From Paludibacteraceae bacterium (lineage in GTDB: Bacteria; Bacteroidota; Bacteroidia; Bacteroidales; Paludibacteraceae): a stretch of 64,000 nt of DNA. This document shows positions 38,187-48,274 of the stretch, one piece after another; positions within the stretch are counted from its first letter, which is position 1, and each line of letters begins with the position of its first letter. Made by a program: the position numbers and the translations under genes. Below the pieces are notes generated by a model that saw only the letters and a program-made list of their open reading frames with translations, had not been told where the DNA came from and searched no databases. The stretch is from positions 25,086 to 89,085 of the forward strand of contig JAZLMS010000055.1 of assembly GCA_045598805.1 (NCBI GenBank), in the 5' to 3' direction.

Positions 38187-39572
38187 CTAACGCTGTAAGG
38201 CTGCTTTTAATTGATATATACGCTTACGTAATAACTCATTTTCATCCAATTGTTGACTTATGCAAGTCACGGCATGAATCACCGTTGCATGATTGCGATG
38301 CCCCAACGAAGCACCAATTTCTTTGAGTGAGTGATCAGTCAGCTTCTTAGCCAAGTACATTGCTACATGGCGGGCTTGTGCGACTTCCTGTGAACGTGCC
38401 TGACCGGTAATCATGCGAATCGGTATATTAAAATGTTCACTCACTGCTCCTATGATATCAGCTAACTCTACTACTTTAGGCTCCAAATGGACAACTCTAC
38501 CGACCACTTGCTCGGTTAAAGTCTGATCTATCGGCTGAACCATCAAGGTCGAATAAGCTAATAACGAGGCTAACACACCTTCTAAATCTCGTATAGAATC
38601 TTTAACATGAGTCGCAATATAATCAATTTGTTCATCCTTAAGTTCTATACCCTCATGACGCATTTTGTAGATCAATATATCTCGTCTTAATTCAAAATCC
38701 GGGCGTTCCAATTCCGCTACTAACCCCCACTTAAAACGCGTCAACAATCGATCTTCTATATCCTTTAAATCCATTGGAGAACGATCCGCCGTCAATATCA
38801 ATTGCTTGTGAGACTGCTGCAAGTAATTAAAAATATGGAAGAACGTATCTTGAGTTTTGTCCAACCCAGAGAAATACTGAATATCATCCACTATCAACAC
38901 ATCCACTGACTGATAGAAGTTTAAGAAATCAGGGATACGTTTATTCACCGATGCCGCTTGGTACTGTAATTTAAATGTATTCGCCGTTACGTAGAGCACC
39001 TTCTTATCAGGGTGTAATAAACGCGTTTGATTACCAATAGCATATGCTAAGTGTGTTTTACCTACACCGCTTCCGCCATATATGAACAACGGATTGAACG
39101 CCGTATATCCTGGTTGTTTGGTTATCGCCAAGCCTGCTGTACGCGCTAATTTATTAGGACTGCCAGCAACAAAATTATCAAACGTATAAGAACCATTCAA
39201 CTGACTCTCAAACTCTATCGTAGATTGACTCGTACCGAAATCCGACTCTAACTCATTCTGTTTTCTTGTTTTTTCTATATTTAATCCATCAGAAGGTATT
39301 GTCGCTCCGGCACCCGTTGTAGAATCAACTAACGCCCTATACTCCAAACGCGTGCCTATACCGAACACGCGGAAGAGCACACGCGATAACAACTGAACGT
39401 AATTCTCTTCAATATATTCGGCAATGAACTGTGATTTAACACGTAATACTAATGTTGAATCCACATAACTAATTGGCACAATCGGTGCGAACCACGTAAG
39501 GTACGCACTAGAGGTCAGGTTCTCTTGCAGAATACGCTGACATTCTTTCCATTTGTGCATTAGTTCATCCAT
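38187..39572 (-). CDS. dnaA: chromosomal replication initiator DnaA
   Basis: AAA+ GGSGVGKTHL, VDDIQ, C-terminal DNA-binding helix region (ARHVAMYL...HATV). The tracked start 39632 is TTG; ATG 39572 lies downstream of a -7 box. Confidence 0.92.
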   Translation of the reverse strand: MDELMHKWKECQRILQENLTSSAYLTWFAPIVPISYVDSTLVLRVKSQFIAEYIEENYVQLLSRVLFRVFGIGTRLEYRALVDSTTGAGATIPSDGLNIEKTRKQNELESDFGTSQSTIEFESQLNGSYTFDNFVAGSPNKLARTAGLAITKQPGYTAFNPLFIYGGSGVGKTHLAYAIGNQTRLLHPDKKVLYVTANTFKLQYQAASVNKRIPDFLNFYQSVDVLIVDDIQYFSGLDKTQDTFFHIFNYLQQSHKQLILTADRSPMDLKDIEDRLLTRFKWGLVAELERPDFELRRDILIYKMRHEGIELKDEQIDYIATHVKDSIRDLEGVLASLLAYSTLMVQPIDQTLTEQVVGRVVHLEPKVVELADIIGAVSEHFNIPIRMITGQARSQEVAQARHVAMYLAKKLTDHSLKEIGASLGHRNHATVIHAVTCISQQLDENELLRKRIYQLKAALQR

Positions 39573-39602
39573 TTTCTCAACTTGTTTAAACGAAAAACGG
39601 TG

Positions 39603-39610
39603 CAAAAGTA
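39603..39610 (-). promoter_or_regulatory. Bacteroidota -7 box (TActTTTG on the minus strand) upstream of dnaA ATG 39572
   Basis: Plus-strand caaaagta. Confidence 0.45.
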
Positions 39611-39897
39611 CTTCTTTTTTTTGAATTGGCAAAATCGTTAGTTAGAATAGACAAACTATTTTTACCGTATTCAACGCATTTACAACGACTTATATTCAAC
39701 TATATCACTAACAGTTATTTACAAAAGTTATCAACATTAAAACCCTCTATTTTTGGATACTTATTAACACTTTCTCCAACTTTGATATTACTCGACTTCA
39801 GCACTCAATAATATCACTGTTCATAGGCTTTTACAAACAAATTAATTTTTCTTGTTATTTAGAAAACGTGTAAATTATCGTTACACATCGTTCCACG

Positions 39898-40794
39898 TCA
39901 TTTATCTTTTTTTCCGAATAGCGAGAAGTGAACGTAACGTTTGGGATGCGCTTTAAGGTCACGTACCAACGAATCCACAGACACTACAGTAGCGTCCACA
40001 TGAGTATATAACTCTTTACTATACAACAATTTACCTACAGTACTCTCTTCATCCGTCAGCGCTTGCTTTACCGCCGTTAACGATGTATCTACACTTGCCA
40101 ATAGGGCTGGCACATTGGCATTCCTTACACTATCTATCACTTCGCTCAAGCCATTCATTGAGTACTCGGCTTTTTGTACAATCGCAGGTACTTTTTCTTG
40201 CATTATGCCCTTCATGTCCTCTGACACGACTTTCAAGTCAGCAGACACTTGATCTACATTCGATAGCGTATTATACAGGTGATCATCTGCCAATTGGTTC
40301 TGGATACTCACAATCACAGAATCGGCATGTCTAACCACAGCACCTACCGTTCCAATGAGACTATCTTGCAAACTCTCCACCAAACCGGGAACAACCAAGG
40401 TCGGTAAAAAAGCATCATTTGGATATGCCTCCGTGAAGGCGTCCGTCGGCAAATTGAGTTCAATGGCAGTCCCCCCCATCAGTCCATCAGCAATCAACGC
40501 CATTGTCGTTCCATAAGGCAGACGAATATCCTTCTTTACCGAAATATCAACTGTAAAAGCGGTATCTCGAGTAAAATCATAACGTATATGATCTACTTGA
40601 CCAACGCGATAACCTTTAATATACACCGGCGCTTGTTCTTGCAAACCTTTCACTTGTTCATAATTACCATGATAAGCACGAACAGAAGTAAAGATATTCA
40701 CGCCTTTGAGGTAATAAAAACCAAAATACAATAAAAAGAGGCACAACAAAGATAACGCCCCAACTTTGATTTCACGAGCATATTTCATAATCAA
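39898..40794 (-). CDS. MlaD/MCE-family protein
   Basis: N-terminal TM (IKVGALSLLCLFLLYFGF) followed by an MCE-like beta domain (V.IKGYRVGQV). Confidence 0.75.
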   Translation of the reverse strand: MIMKYAREIKVGALSLLCLFLLYFGFYYLKGVNIFTSVRAYHGNYEQVKGLQEQAPVYIKGYRVGQVDHIRYDFTRDTAFTVDISVKKDIRLPYGTTMALIADGLMGGTAIELNLPTDAFTEAYPNDAFLPTLVVPGLVESLQDSLIGTVGAVVRHADSVIVSIQNQLADDHLYNTLSNVDQVSADLKVVSEDMKGIMQEKVPAIVQKAEYSMNGLSEVIDSVRNANVPALLASVDTSLTAVKQALTDEESTVGKLLYSKELYTHVDATVVSVDSLVRDLKAHPKRYVHFSLFGKKDK

Positions 40795-40812
40795 ACCATT
40801 TTATATTATCAA

Positions 40813-41811
40813 TCATTTAACCGTAATCACGAAGCAACCATCAAATTTCTGTTTTAATTTGTTCTTCGCCTCGCTCACCGCTTTTTTATCCGTTGATTCT
40901 GCAGTATAGTACTTATACCATATTCCATCTTTAATAAACTTGCATTTTTCCCCTTTCAAGCGTTCATCATTGGCAGCCAATTCTGTTTTCGACGCCAATA
41001 CTTGAACGGCATATACCGATGCCGCTCCCTTATAGGATTGTGTTTCTTCTTGAACAGATTGGTTTTCCATGGGTGTTATTTGCTGTCTTGCGGAAGATTT
41101 AATTTGAGGTTTATATACTCCTTCAAAAGCCTTAAAGATAGCGTTTGCCACACTATCTTGCCCTGCCTTCGAAGCTAAATATTTCTCTTCCTCTCGGTTC
41201 GATATAAATCCCATCTCAACGAGCACACTTGGGCAAGCAGACTTATGAAGAACCCAGAAAGCGGCTTGTCTAACGCCACGATCATAACGATGATTCGTTT
41301 GTACAAACTGCTGCTGCATCAGTTCCGCAAAACGGAGGGACTGCGTGATGTACTTATTCTGCATGAGTTCGAACATGATATACGAATCTATTGAATTCGG
41401 ATCAAACCCTTGATAGGTAGTTTGATAATCAGACTCCAACTTAATGACGGAGTTCTCACGCATAGCGACATCCAAGTTTGATTCAAGTTTTTCCGTTCCC
41501 AACACAAAAGTCTCGGCACCTACGGCTGCCGTGTTGTCAGCGGAATTAGTATGTACGCAAACAAACAAGTCTGCATTATGATTATTTACGAAGTCGGCGC
41601 GACTCTGAAGGGGCAAAAAAACATCCGTTGTACGTGTATAATAAACTTTGACATCCGGATATGCTTTCTCTATCTTTTTACCGGCTTTTAGAACTACCGA
41701 CAAATTAAGATCTTTTTCTTGACTAATCCTGCCAACGGCACCCGGATCTTTACCTCCGTGACCGGCGTCCAACACAACCACGAACGACAATATGAGCGAT
41801 AATAAGTGCAT
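40813..41811 (-). CDS. N-acetylmuramoyl-L-alanine amidase (Amidase_3) with a SPOR-like C-terminus
   Basis: VLDAGHGGKDPGA, VHTNS, E..F.SN motifs. The tracked start 41820 is TTG; first ATG at 41811. Confidence 0.85.
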   Translation of the reverse strand: MHLLSLILSFVVVLDAGHGGKDPGAVGRISQEKDLNLSVVLKAGKKIEKAYPDVKVYYTRTTDVFLPLQSRADFVNNHNADLFVCVHTNSADNTAAVGAETFVLGTEKLESNLDVAMRENSVIKLESDYQTTYQGFDPNSIDSYIMFELMQNKYITQSLRFAELMQQQFVQTNHRYDRGVRQAAFWVLHKSACPSVLVEMGFISNREEEKYLASKAGQDSVANAIFKAFEGVYKPQIKSSARQQITPMENQSVQEETQSYKGAASVYAVQVLASKTELAANDERLKGEKCKFIKDGIWYKYYTAESTDKKAVSEAKNKLKQKFDGCFVITVK

Positions 41812-41828
41812 ATTAACCAAATTTTGTG

Positions 41829-41836
41829 CAAAATTA
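41829..41836 (-). promoter_or_regulatory. candidate -7 box (TAatTTTG on the minus strand) for the amidase-mlaD operon
   Basis: Plus-strand caaaatta. Confidence 0.4.
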
Positions 41837-41952
41837 CAATATTTATTCTATATTTGCAAATCAATCATCTATTTTTCGGGGCTTTTAATGAGTAAATGCA
41901 TCTTTTTATCAAAAAAAGTTCGCGAGCGCTTGCGCGAATCAAATATTTTTTG

Positions 41953-41960
41953 TAATTTTG
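41953..41960 (+). promoter_or_regulatory. candidate -7 box (TAatTTTG) for relA/spoT; a second candidate tatatttg lies at 41849-41856
   Basis: Exact TAnnTTTG matches. Either one implies a 250-360-nt leader. Confidence 0.4.
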
Positions 41961-42032
41961 CAGCCAATTTGTATAAAAGCGGTTATCATCCCCTTTAGAT
42001 ACGACATTAAAATATAAGCAATAGTTCCTGAA

Positions 42033-42076
42033 GATTCCGATGAGATTCCGATGAGGTTCCAATGAAGTTCCAATAC
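42033..42076. repeat. 4 x 11-bp tandem repeat in the relA leader
   Basis: Units gattccgatga / gattccgatga / ggttccaatga / agttccaatac. Confidence 0.9.
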
Positions 42077-42110
42077 AGAAAGACGGATGATGCACGGCAG
42101 AAGGAGAAAA

Positions 42111-42210
42111 AACGAGAAATAAGAAACAAAAAACGATGCCCAAAGGGCTAAACGAGAAATAAGAAATAAGAAACGATGCCCAAAGGACTAAACGAGATAA
42201 AAAACGGCTA
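42111..42210. repeat. 2.5 x 40-bp purine-rich tandem repeat ending 8 nt before the relA ATG
   Basis: Units aacgagaaataagaaacaaaaaacgatgcccaaagggcta / aacgagaaataagaaataagaaacgatgcccaaaggacta / aacgagataaaaaacggcta. Confidence 0.9.
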
Positions 42211-42218
42211 AAGAGAAT

Positions 42219-44474
42219 ATGACAAGTAGAGACTTCACACCGGAAGAAGAGCAACTCATAGACCAAGCATTTGCCAATTTGCTGGCAGAGTATGCCAAAA
42301 CGCCCCACACGCAAAGAGTGGAGCGTATAACTCGTGCTTTTAAGTTTGCGAGAAAGGCTCATAATGGTGTGCGCAGGTTGTCCGGAGAGCCTTATATGCT
42401 TCACCCGTTAGCCGTAGCCACGATTGTAGTTAAAGAGATAGGTTTAGGTTCTACCTCTATTTGCTCAGCCCTACTCCACGATGTGGTTGAGGACACGGAT
42501 TATACGACAGAAGATATTCGCAATCTGTTTGGAGATAAGATAGCTCAAATTGTGGATGGGTTAACAAAGATTAGCGGAGGTGTTTTTGGAGAGCAAGCCA
42601 GTGAGCAAGCGGAGAATTTCCGCAAGTTACTACTCACGATGTCTGAAGATATACGCGTTGTACTCATTAAGATAGCCGACCGACTCCACAATATGCGAAC
42701 CTTAGGAGCGCAGCCCAAGCAAAAGCAGTATAAGATTGCCGGCGAGACGCAGTATATCTATGCTCCGTTAGCCCATCGCTTAGGTCTGTTCCCCATCAAA
42801 ACAGAATTGGAGAACCTTGCGTTCAAATACGAACATCCGGATATGTATGCCGATATAGAGGCTAAATTAGCAGTCTCCCAAACGAGCCAAATTGAGGATT
42901 ATAATCAATTCATCGCCCCTGTCTATGATAAATTGACGGCGATGGGGTATCAGTTCTCCCTCTCGGCACGTATCAAGTCCGTTTACTCCATCTACAAGAA
43001 GATGATTTCCAAGTCTATTCCCTTCGAGGAAGTATATGACTTATTGGCCGTTCGTATCGTATTTACGCCCAAGGAAGATATCTCCGAAAAAGACCAGTGT
43101 TGGATGATCTATTCCGCCTTGACGGAGATATATCGTCCGCATCCGGAGCGTATTCGAGACTGGATATCCACACCTAAAGCCAACGGATACGAAGCCCTCC
43201 ACGTGACGGTAATGGGTCAAAATGGAACATGGGTAGAGGTTCAAATTCGCACCAATCGCATGCACGACATCGCTGAGCGCGGTTTAGCCGCTCATTGGAA
43301 ATACAAGACTGGCGAGGGAGAAGAGAGTGAATTAGACAAGTGGCTACGCACTATTAAAGATGTATTACAACACCCCGCAGAGCAAAACGCACTTGAGTTT
43401 TTAGACACTTTTAAGCTCAATCTTTATGCTCATGAAGTGTTTGTCTTTACACCCAAAGGTGATATTAAAACCTTACCGCAAGGAGCGACAGCTCTTGACT
43501 TTGCCTACTTCTTACATACAGCATTAGGCGATCAGTGCTTGGGCGTTAAAGTCAATCATACCTTAGTGCCTCTCAGTTATGTTTTGCAATCAGGAGACCA
43601 AGTGGAGGTGATGACCTCTACATCTCAACATCCTCAACCCGAATGGCTCCATTTTGTAACGACGGCAAAAGCGAAAGAGTGCTTGAATAATTACTTCCGC
43701 AAGGAAGAAAGAGCTTATATTCATAGCGGAGAGAAGCGTTTTAACGATGCCCTGATGCTTATCAAGGCCGAAGACTGTCGTGACATGGCTTTGCAACGGA
43801 TGCTGAATCATTATAAATTAGTACAACCGAGCCAACTCTTCCTACAAATTGGTGAAGGAGCTATTCGTTTGGATAATATGAGCAGCATCATCTTCCCGAA
43901 GAAGAGTTTATGGAAGAAAGTACAACAACTCAATCCTTTTACTCATACGAGTTCCTCTACTTCGCCCGATACGTTAAGCATACCCGATACGGTTAATCCG
44001 TCTAATCCGCTTCCTAAGGGACACAAAATTGAACTTACCGACGAGAACCTTGGAACGCTATATCATCTGGCTCAGTGCTGTAAACCTATTCCTGGAGACG
44101 AGGTATTGGGTTATTTAGCGGACGATGGTAAGATTTACATCCACAAGGTGGATTGCGAGGAAGCTTTACTCTTGAAGAGTTCACAAGGGAAAAGGCTATA
44201 TGCCGCTTCTTGGAAAACGAATCGTATTCAGTCCTACCATGAAACGATTCATATTCAAGGTATTGATAAACCGGGCATTTTTATTCATGTGTTAACCATT
44301 ATTACAACGGATTATAACATCAATATGAGTGGTATCCATATTTCTTCTAAGGATGGCATCTTCCAAGGAACATTAGATGTCTTTGTGTATGATAAGAAAG
44401 AGTTGGAGGACTTATTTGTATCCCTCAAGAAGATACCCGAATTAACCGCAGTTCAACGAATAGAGCACTCCTAA
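42219..44474 (+). CDS. relA: bifunctional (p)ppGpp synthetase/hydrolase (RelA/SpoT homologue)
   Basis: HD domain (HPLAVA...HDVVEDT), synthetase domain (RIKS.YSIYKKM...YEALH), TGS and ACT C-terminal domains. Confidence 0.92.
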   Translation: MTSRDFTPEEEQLIDQAFANLLAEYAKTPHTQRVERITRAFKFARKAHNGVRRLSGEPYMLHPLAVATIVVKEIGLGSTSICSALLHDVVEDTDYTTEDIRNLFGDKIAQIVDGLTKISGGVFGEQASEQAENFRKLLLTMSEDIRVVLIKIADRLHNMRTLGAQPKQKQYKIAGETQYIYAPLAHRLGLFPIKTELENLAFKYEHPDMYADIEAKLAVSQTSQIEDYNQFIAPVYDKLTAMGYQFSLSARIKSVYSIYKKMISKSIPFEEVYDLLAVRIVFTPKEDISEKDQCWMIYSALTEIYRPHPERIRDWISTPKANGYEALHVTVMGQNGTWVEVQIRTNRMHDIAERGLAAHWKYKTGEGEESELDKWLRTIKDVLQHPAEQNALEFLDTFKLNLYAHEVFVFTPKGDIKTLPQGATALDFAYFLHTALGDQCLGVKVNHTLVPLSYVLQSGDQVEVMTSTSQHPQPEWLHFVTTAKAKECLNNYFRKEERAYIHSGEKRFNDALMLIKAEDCRDMALQRMLNHYKLVQPSQLFLQIGEGAIRLDNMSSIIFPKKSLWKKVQQLNPFTHTSSSTSPDTLSIPDTVNPSNPLPKGHKIELTDENLGTLYHLAQCCKPIPGDEVLGYLADDGKIYIHKVDCEEALLLKSSQGKRLYAASWKTNRIQSYHETIHIQGIDKPGIFIHVLTIITTDYNINMSGIHISSKDGIFQGTLDVFVYDKKELEDLFVSLKKIPELTAVQRIEHS

Positions 44475-44548
44475 TAAGGTTTTTGATTACGATACTGAAA
44501 CACATTAAAAACAAATCACAATATATCAACCAACAAACATTACACATT

Positions 44549-45646
44549 ATGAAAAAGTTAGTTTTTTCTTTGCTGTTCCTCTCGAGTTCCTTTGCAATGG
44601 TAGCTCAGACTATTAGTTTCCCATCTACCAAACACGATTTTGGTACTATTAAACAAGAAGATGGTGATGTAACGGCTTACTTCGAATTTAAGAACGAAGG
44701 TACTGCTCCTTTAGTTATTACCAATGTTCGCACCTCTTGCGGTTGCACACGTCCCACTTGGCCAAAGGAGCCAATCGAACCCGGACAATCGGGAACGATT
44801 TCGGCTACCTATCGCGCTTCTACTCGTCCCTACTATTTCCAAAAGACGATTACCGTTTATTCCAATGATACTGAGCATCAAACAGTGACTCTATCAATTA
44901 CAGGAAACGTAACCCCCAAGCCAACCAATCCGGCAGACCGTTATGCGGTTAATATGGGTGACCTGAGTTTGAAAGACAAAAAACTTAACTTTGGCGTATT
45001 ACAACAAGGTGTGGAAGTAACTCGTTCCATTGAGTATGCTAACTTTACAGACCATGAGGTGACATTGGATGTATTTGTACTGAGTGATTACGAGTTCCTT
45101 CGTTATGAGATTACCAATCCTACTTTACAGCCGAACCAAAGCGGAAGTGTGAACTTTATCATTGACACTAAGGCTTGCCAAGTAGGTCCTACGGATTTTG
45201 ATGCATATTTTATGGTTAACGGTCAGCTCGTTAAAACAGATGAATATAAGGCCAATTTGTCCATCAACGTTAATGAAGACTTCTCATCACTGACCGAACA
45301 AGAACGTCGTGAAGCACCGATTGTGGAAATAGAAAACAAATTAGACATGGGTGTTATTGCTTCCGGTAAATCGGCTAAGAAAACCATTACTATTGGTAAT
45401 GTCGGCGTTAAAGCGTTAAATGTACGTCGTGCTTATAGTGCCATTCCAGAACAAGTCAATGTCGTTGTTCCTCGTTCGGCATCTGCTATCAAAAACGGAA
45501 AGAAAGCGAGTCTCACCGTTAACGTCAATGCTCTGACCAGTGGTCAACCGCAAGAGCCGGGTAGTTATTCCCGTATGATCTCTGTTTATACTAACGATCC
45601 TTCTCATCCGAAGACAAACATCACCGTTTATTGGACCGTACAATAA
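44549..45646 (+). CDS. DUF1573 domain protein (secreted, tandem Ig-like domains)
   Basis: Signal peptide MKKLVFSLLFLSSSFAMVAQ. FDFGTI...F.F.N.G..PL.I..V..SCGCT signature. The tracked start 44483 is TTG. Confidence 0.8.
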   Translation: MKKLVFSLLFLSSSFAMVAQTISFPSTKHDFGTIKQEDGDVTAYFEFKNEGTAPLVITNVRTSCGCTRPTWPKEPIEPGQSGTISATYRASTRPYYFQKTITVYSNDTEHQTVTLSITGNVTPKPTNPADRYAVNMGDLSLKDKKLNFGVLQQGVEVTRSIEYANFTDHEVTLDVFVLSDYEFLRYEITNPTLQPNQSGSVNFIIDTKACQVGPTDFDAYFMVNGQLVKTDEYKANLSINVNEDFSSLTEQERREAPIVEIENKLDMGVIASGKSAKKTITIGNVGVKALNVRRAYSAIPEQVNVVVPRSASAIKNGKKASLTVNVNALTSGQPQEPGSYSRMISVYTNDPSHPKTNITVYWTVQ

Positions 45647-46731
45647 TGACTCATCCCGAAAACGATTCACAATACAAAGGTCTCACTGTCAATGCGGGAG
45701 TTGAGAACCTGCCCTCCGTGAACCCTTATACCACGTTCCATCGACGTAAGCGTACTCTTTCGGCAGAAGAATACTTTGAAGGTATTCGTCGAGGCGATGT
45801 GAGCATCTTAGGTCAAGCGGTTACTCTCGTTGAAAGTAACTTACCCGAGGATCAGGTTATTGCCCAACGTGTTATTGAGTTATGCCTACCTTATGCGGGT
45901 AATTCTATCCGCTTAGGCATAACTGGTGTCCCCGGAGCAGGCAAATCGACTTTTATTGAAGCGTTAGGCACAGAGGTTTGCAAAATGGGCAAACATCTTG
46001 CCGTGCTTGCGATAGACCCGTCGTCGGAACGAAGCAAAGGTTCTATCTTAGGTGATAAAACGCGTATGAACGAACTGTCCACTCAAGCGAATGCTTTTAT
46101 ACGCCCTTCCCCTTCGGCAGGATCGCTTGGAGGTGTGGCACGTAAGACAAGAGAGAGCATCGTTTTATGTGAGGTCGCGGGGTTTGATACTATTTTCGTT
46201 GAGACGGTCGGTGTAGGTCAGTCCGAGACTGCGGCACACTCGATGGTGGATTATTTCCTTCTACTTCAAGTCACCGGCACCGGTGATGAGTTGCAGGGTA
46301 TCAAACGTGGTATCATGGAAATGGCGGACGGAATAGCTATCAATAAATGCGATGGTTCGAATGTAGAACGGGCACAAGCGGCTCGTGTGAGTTTTAAGAA
46401 CGCTTTGGCTCTTTTCCCTCCTTCCGAATCAGGATGGAAACCGGGGGCTATATGCTGCTCTGCGATTGAGCACACGGGAGTCTTGGACGTGTGGGAGGAT
46501 ATAGAGAAATACATCGCATTTACCAAACAGAATGGTTATTTTGATGCGCATCGCACTGAACAAGCCAAGTATTGGATGTACGAAACCATCAATGGCGCTT
46601 TGCTGGATAATTTCTATCACGACGCACATATGGAAGCGCTCATCGCTCAAACCGAAGCAGATGTACTTAATAATAAAGTGAGTTCATTCATCGCAGCTCA
46701 TAACCTATTAACTGAATATGGCAAACACTAA
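45646..46731 (+). CDS. meaB: methylmalonyl-CoA mutase-associated GTPase MeaB/ArgK
   Basis: GVPGAGKST, DPSS..S.GSILGDKTRM, VETVGVGQSE, NK.D. ATG 45646 overlaps the upstream TAA by 1 nt; the tracked start 45631 is TTG. Confidence 0.85.
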   Translation: MTHPENDSQYKGLTVNAGVENLPSVNPYTTFHRRKRTLSAEEYFEGIRRGDVSILGQAVTLVESNLPEDQVIAQRVIELCLPYAGNSIRLGITGVPGAGKSTFIEALGTEVCKMGKHLAVLAIDPSSERSKGSILGDKTRMNELSTQANAFIRPSPSAGSLGGVARKTRESIVLCEVAGFDTIFVETVGVGQSETAAHSMVDYFLLLQVTGTGDELQGIKRGIMEMADGIAINKCDGSNVERAQAARVSFKNALALFPPSESGWKPGAICCSAIEHTGVLDVWEDIEKYIAFTKQNGYFDAHRTEQAKYWMYETINGALLDNFYHDAHMEALIAQTEADVLNNKVSSFIAAHNLLTEYGKH

Positions 46732-48241
46732 GAATTATAAACGTCCCTCAGTACCCCAAGTGGGTCCCAATGATTTAGGCAAACTACCACCTCAAGCCAT
46801 TGAGTTGGAGGACTCCGTTCTTGGAGCAATCATGATTGAGAAGGACGCATATGCAACGGTTGCGGATTTACTCCGTCCCGAGTCTTTTTATAAGGACCAG
46901 AACCGCCTTGTTTTTGAGGCTATTCGTTCCCTTGCAGCAAAGGATCAGCCTATTGATGTGCTCTCCGTAGCCGAGAAGCTCAAGACGCAAGGCACACTCA
47001 ATGAAGCCGGAGGTCCCGTTTATTTGAGTGAATTGACTCGTAAGGTGGCATCAACGGCACACCTTCATTATCATGCGCAGATAGTAGCACAAAAAGCAAC
47101 GGCGCGCGAACTCATTCAAATGGCAAGTCGCGTTGAAGAGTCCGCTTATGACGAGACGCAGGACGTAGAGGAACTTATGCAAGCCGCTGAATCCGATATT
47201 TTTGAGATTTCCCAGCGTGCTCAAAAGCGTGATGTAACGCAGATTGACCCCGTCATTGCTGAAGCCTTTGATAGAATGAAAAAAGCAGGAAAGAACGAGG
47301 GTAATATAAGTGGTATTCCGTCGGGATTTAAGGCACTGGATAAAATTACGTCCGGTTGGCAGAAATCGGATTTGATTATCATCGCGGCACGTCCTGCCAT
47401 GGGTAAGACGGCCTTTGTGCTGTCGATGGCTAAGAATATAGCCGTCAATTATCATAAAGCAGTCGCTATGTTCTCGCTTGAGATGAGTAATGTTCAACTT
47501 GTTAATCGTCTTATCATGAACGTGTGCGAAATAGAAGGTGACAAGATTAAGAACGGAAAACTGAGTAATGCCGAATGGTCGCAATTGGAACATAAGGTCA
47601 ACGAACTGCTCGGAGCACCTATTTATGTGGATGACACGCCTTCCCTATCCGTATTCGAACTGCGATCTAAAGCGCGCAAACTGGTAAAGGAACATCATAT
47701 CGAACTGATTATCATTGACTATCTACAGCTCATGAACGCAAGTGGAATGAACTTCGGTTCGCGTGAACAAGAGGTTAGCATCATCTCTCGCAACTTGAAG
47801 GCACTCGCAAAGGAATTGGATATTCCTATCATTGCATTGAGCCAACTCAACCGTGGAGTAGAAGCTCGCACAGGTGTAGATGGTAAGAAGCCACAACTGA
47901 GTGATCTCCGTGAGTCGGGAGCCATTGAGCAAGATGCGGATATGGTATGCTTCATTCATAGACCGGAATATTATCGCTTATATAATGATGAAAAGACGGG
48001 TAAGGACTTACGTGGTTTAGGACAGATAATTGTTGCTAAACATCGTAATGGTGCCACGGACGAGATATGGTTGCGTTTCCGCTCCAAATTGGCGAAGTTC
48101 CAAAATGAGGACGAGACATGGGATGAGAACGAACTAAACGATTATCCCACGGCTCCCCTACCCGAGCCGGGAGAGATCTCCGTCAGTTCCCGCATGAACG
48201 ACATGAGCGCAGACGGCGCTAGTATGGATGTGCCGTTCTAA
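46718..48241 (+). CDS. dnaB: replicative DNA helicase
   Basis: PPQAIELEDSVLGAIM N-terminal domain, Walker A ARPAMGKTAF, IIIDYLQLM, LSQLNR. Confidence 0.95.
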   Translation: MANTKNYKRPSVPQVGPNDLGKLPPQAIELEDSVLGAIMIEKDAYATVADLLRPESFYKDQNRLVFEAIRSLAAKDQPIDVLSVAEKLKTQGTLNEAGGPVYLSELTRKVASTAHLHYHAQIVAQKATARELIQMASRVEESAYDETQDVEELMQAAESDIFEISQRAQKRDVTQIDPVIAEAFDRMKKAGKNEGNISGIPSGFKALDKITSGWQKSDLIIIAARPAMGKTAFVLSMAKNIAVNYHKAVAMFSLEMSNVQLVNRLIMNVCEIEGDKIKNGKLSNAEWSQLEHKVNELLGAPIYVDDTPSLSVFELRSKARKLVKEHHIELIIIDYLQLMNASGMNFGSREQEVSIISRNLKALAKELDIPIIALSQLNRGVEARTGVDGKKPQLSDLRESGAIEQDADMVCFIHRPEYYRLYNDEKTGKDLRGLGQIIVAKHRNGATDEIWLRFRSKLAKFQNEDETWDENELNDYPTAPLPEPGEISVSSRMNDMSADGASMDVPF

Positions 48242-48274
48242 TAGATTAGAGTTGAAGAATTAAATAAGATAAAT

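Noticed and set aside
39633-39897. Confident oriC call from DnaA boxes upstream of dnaA
   Set aside because: Only imperfect 9-mers with 1-3 mismatches to TTATCCACA are present and there is no clear cluster of perfect boxes. It is kept only as a low-confidence part of the origin-proximity finding.
41865-42404. 179-aa minus-strand ORF across the relA leader and start
   Set aside because: It reads through the 11-bp and 40-bp repeats, is low-complexity (F/L/S/C-rich) and overlaps the well-supported relA start. It is a shadow ORF.
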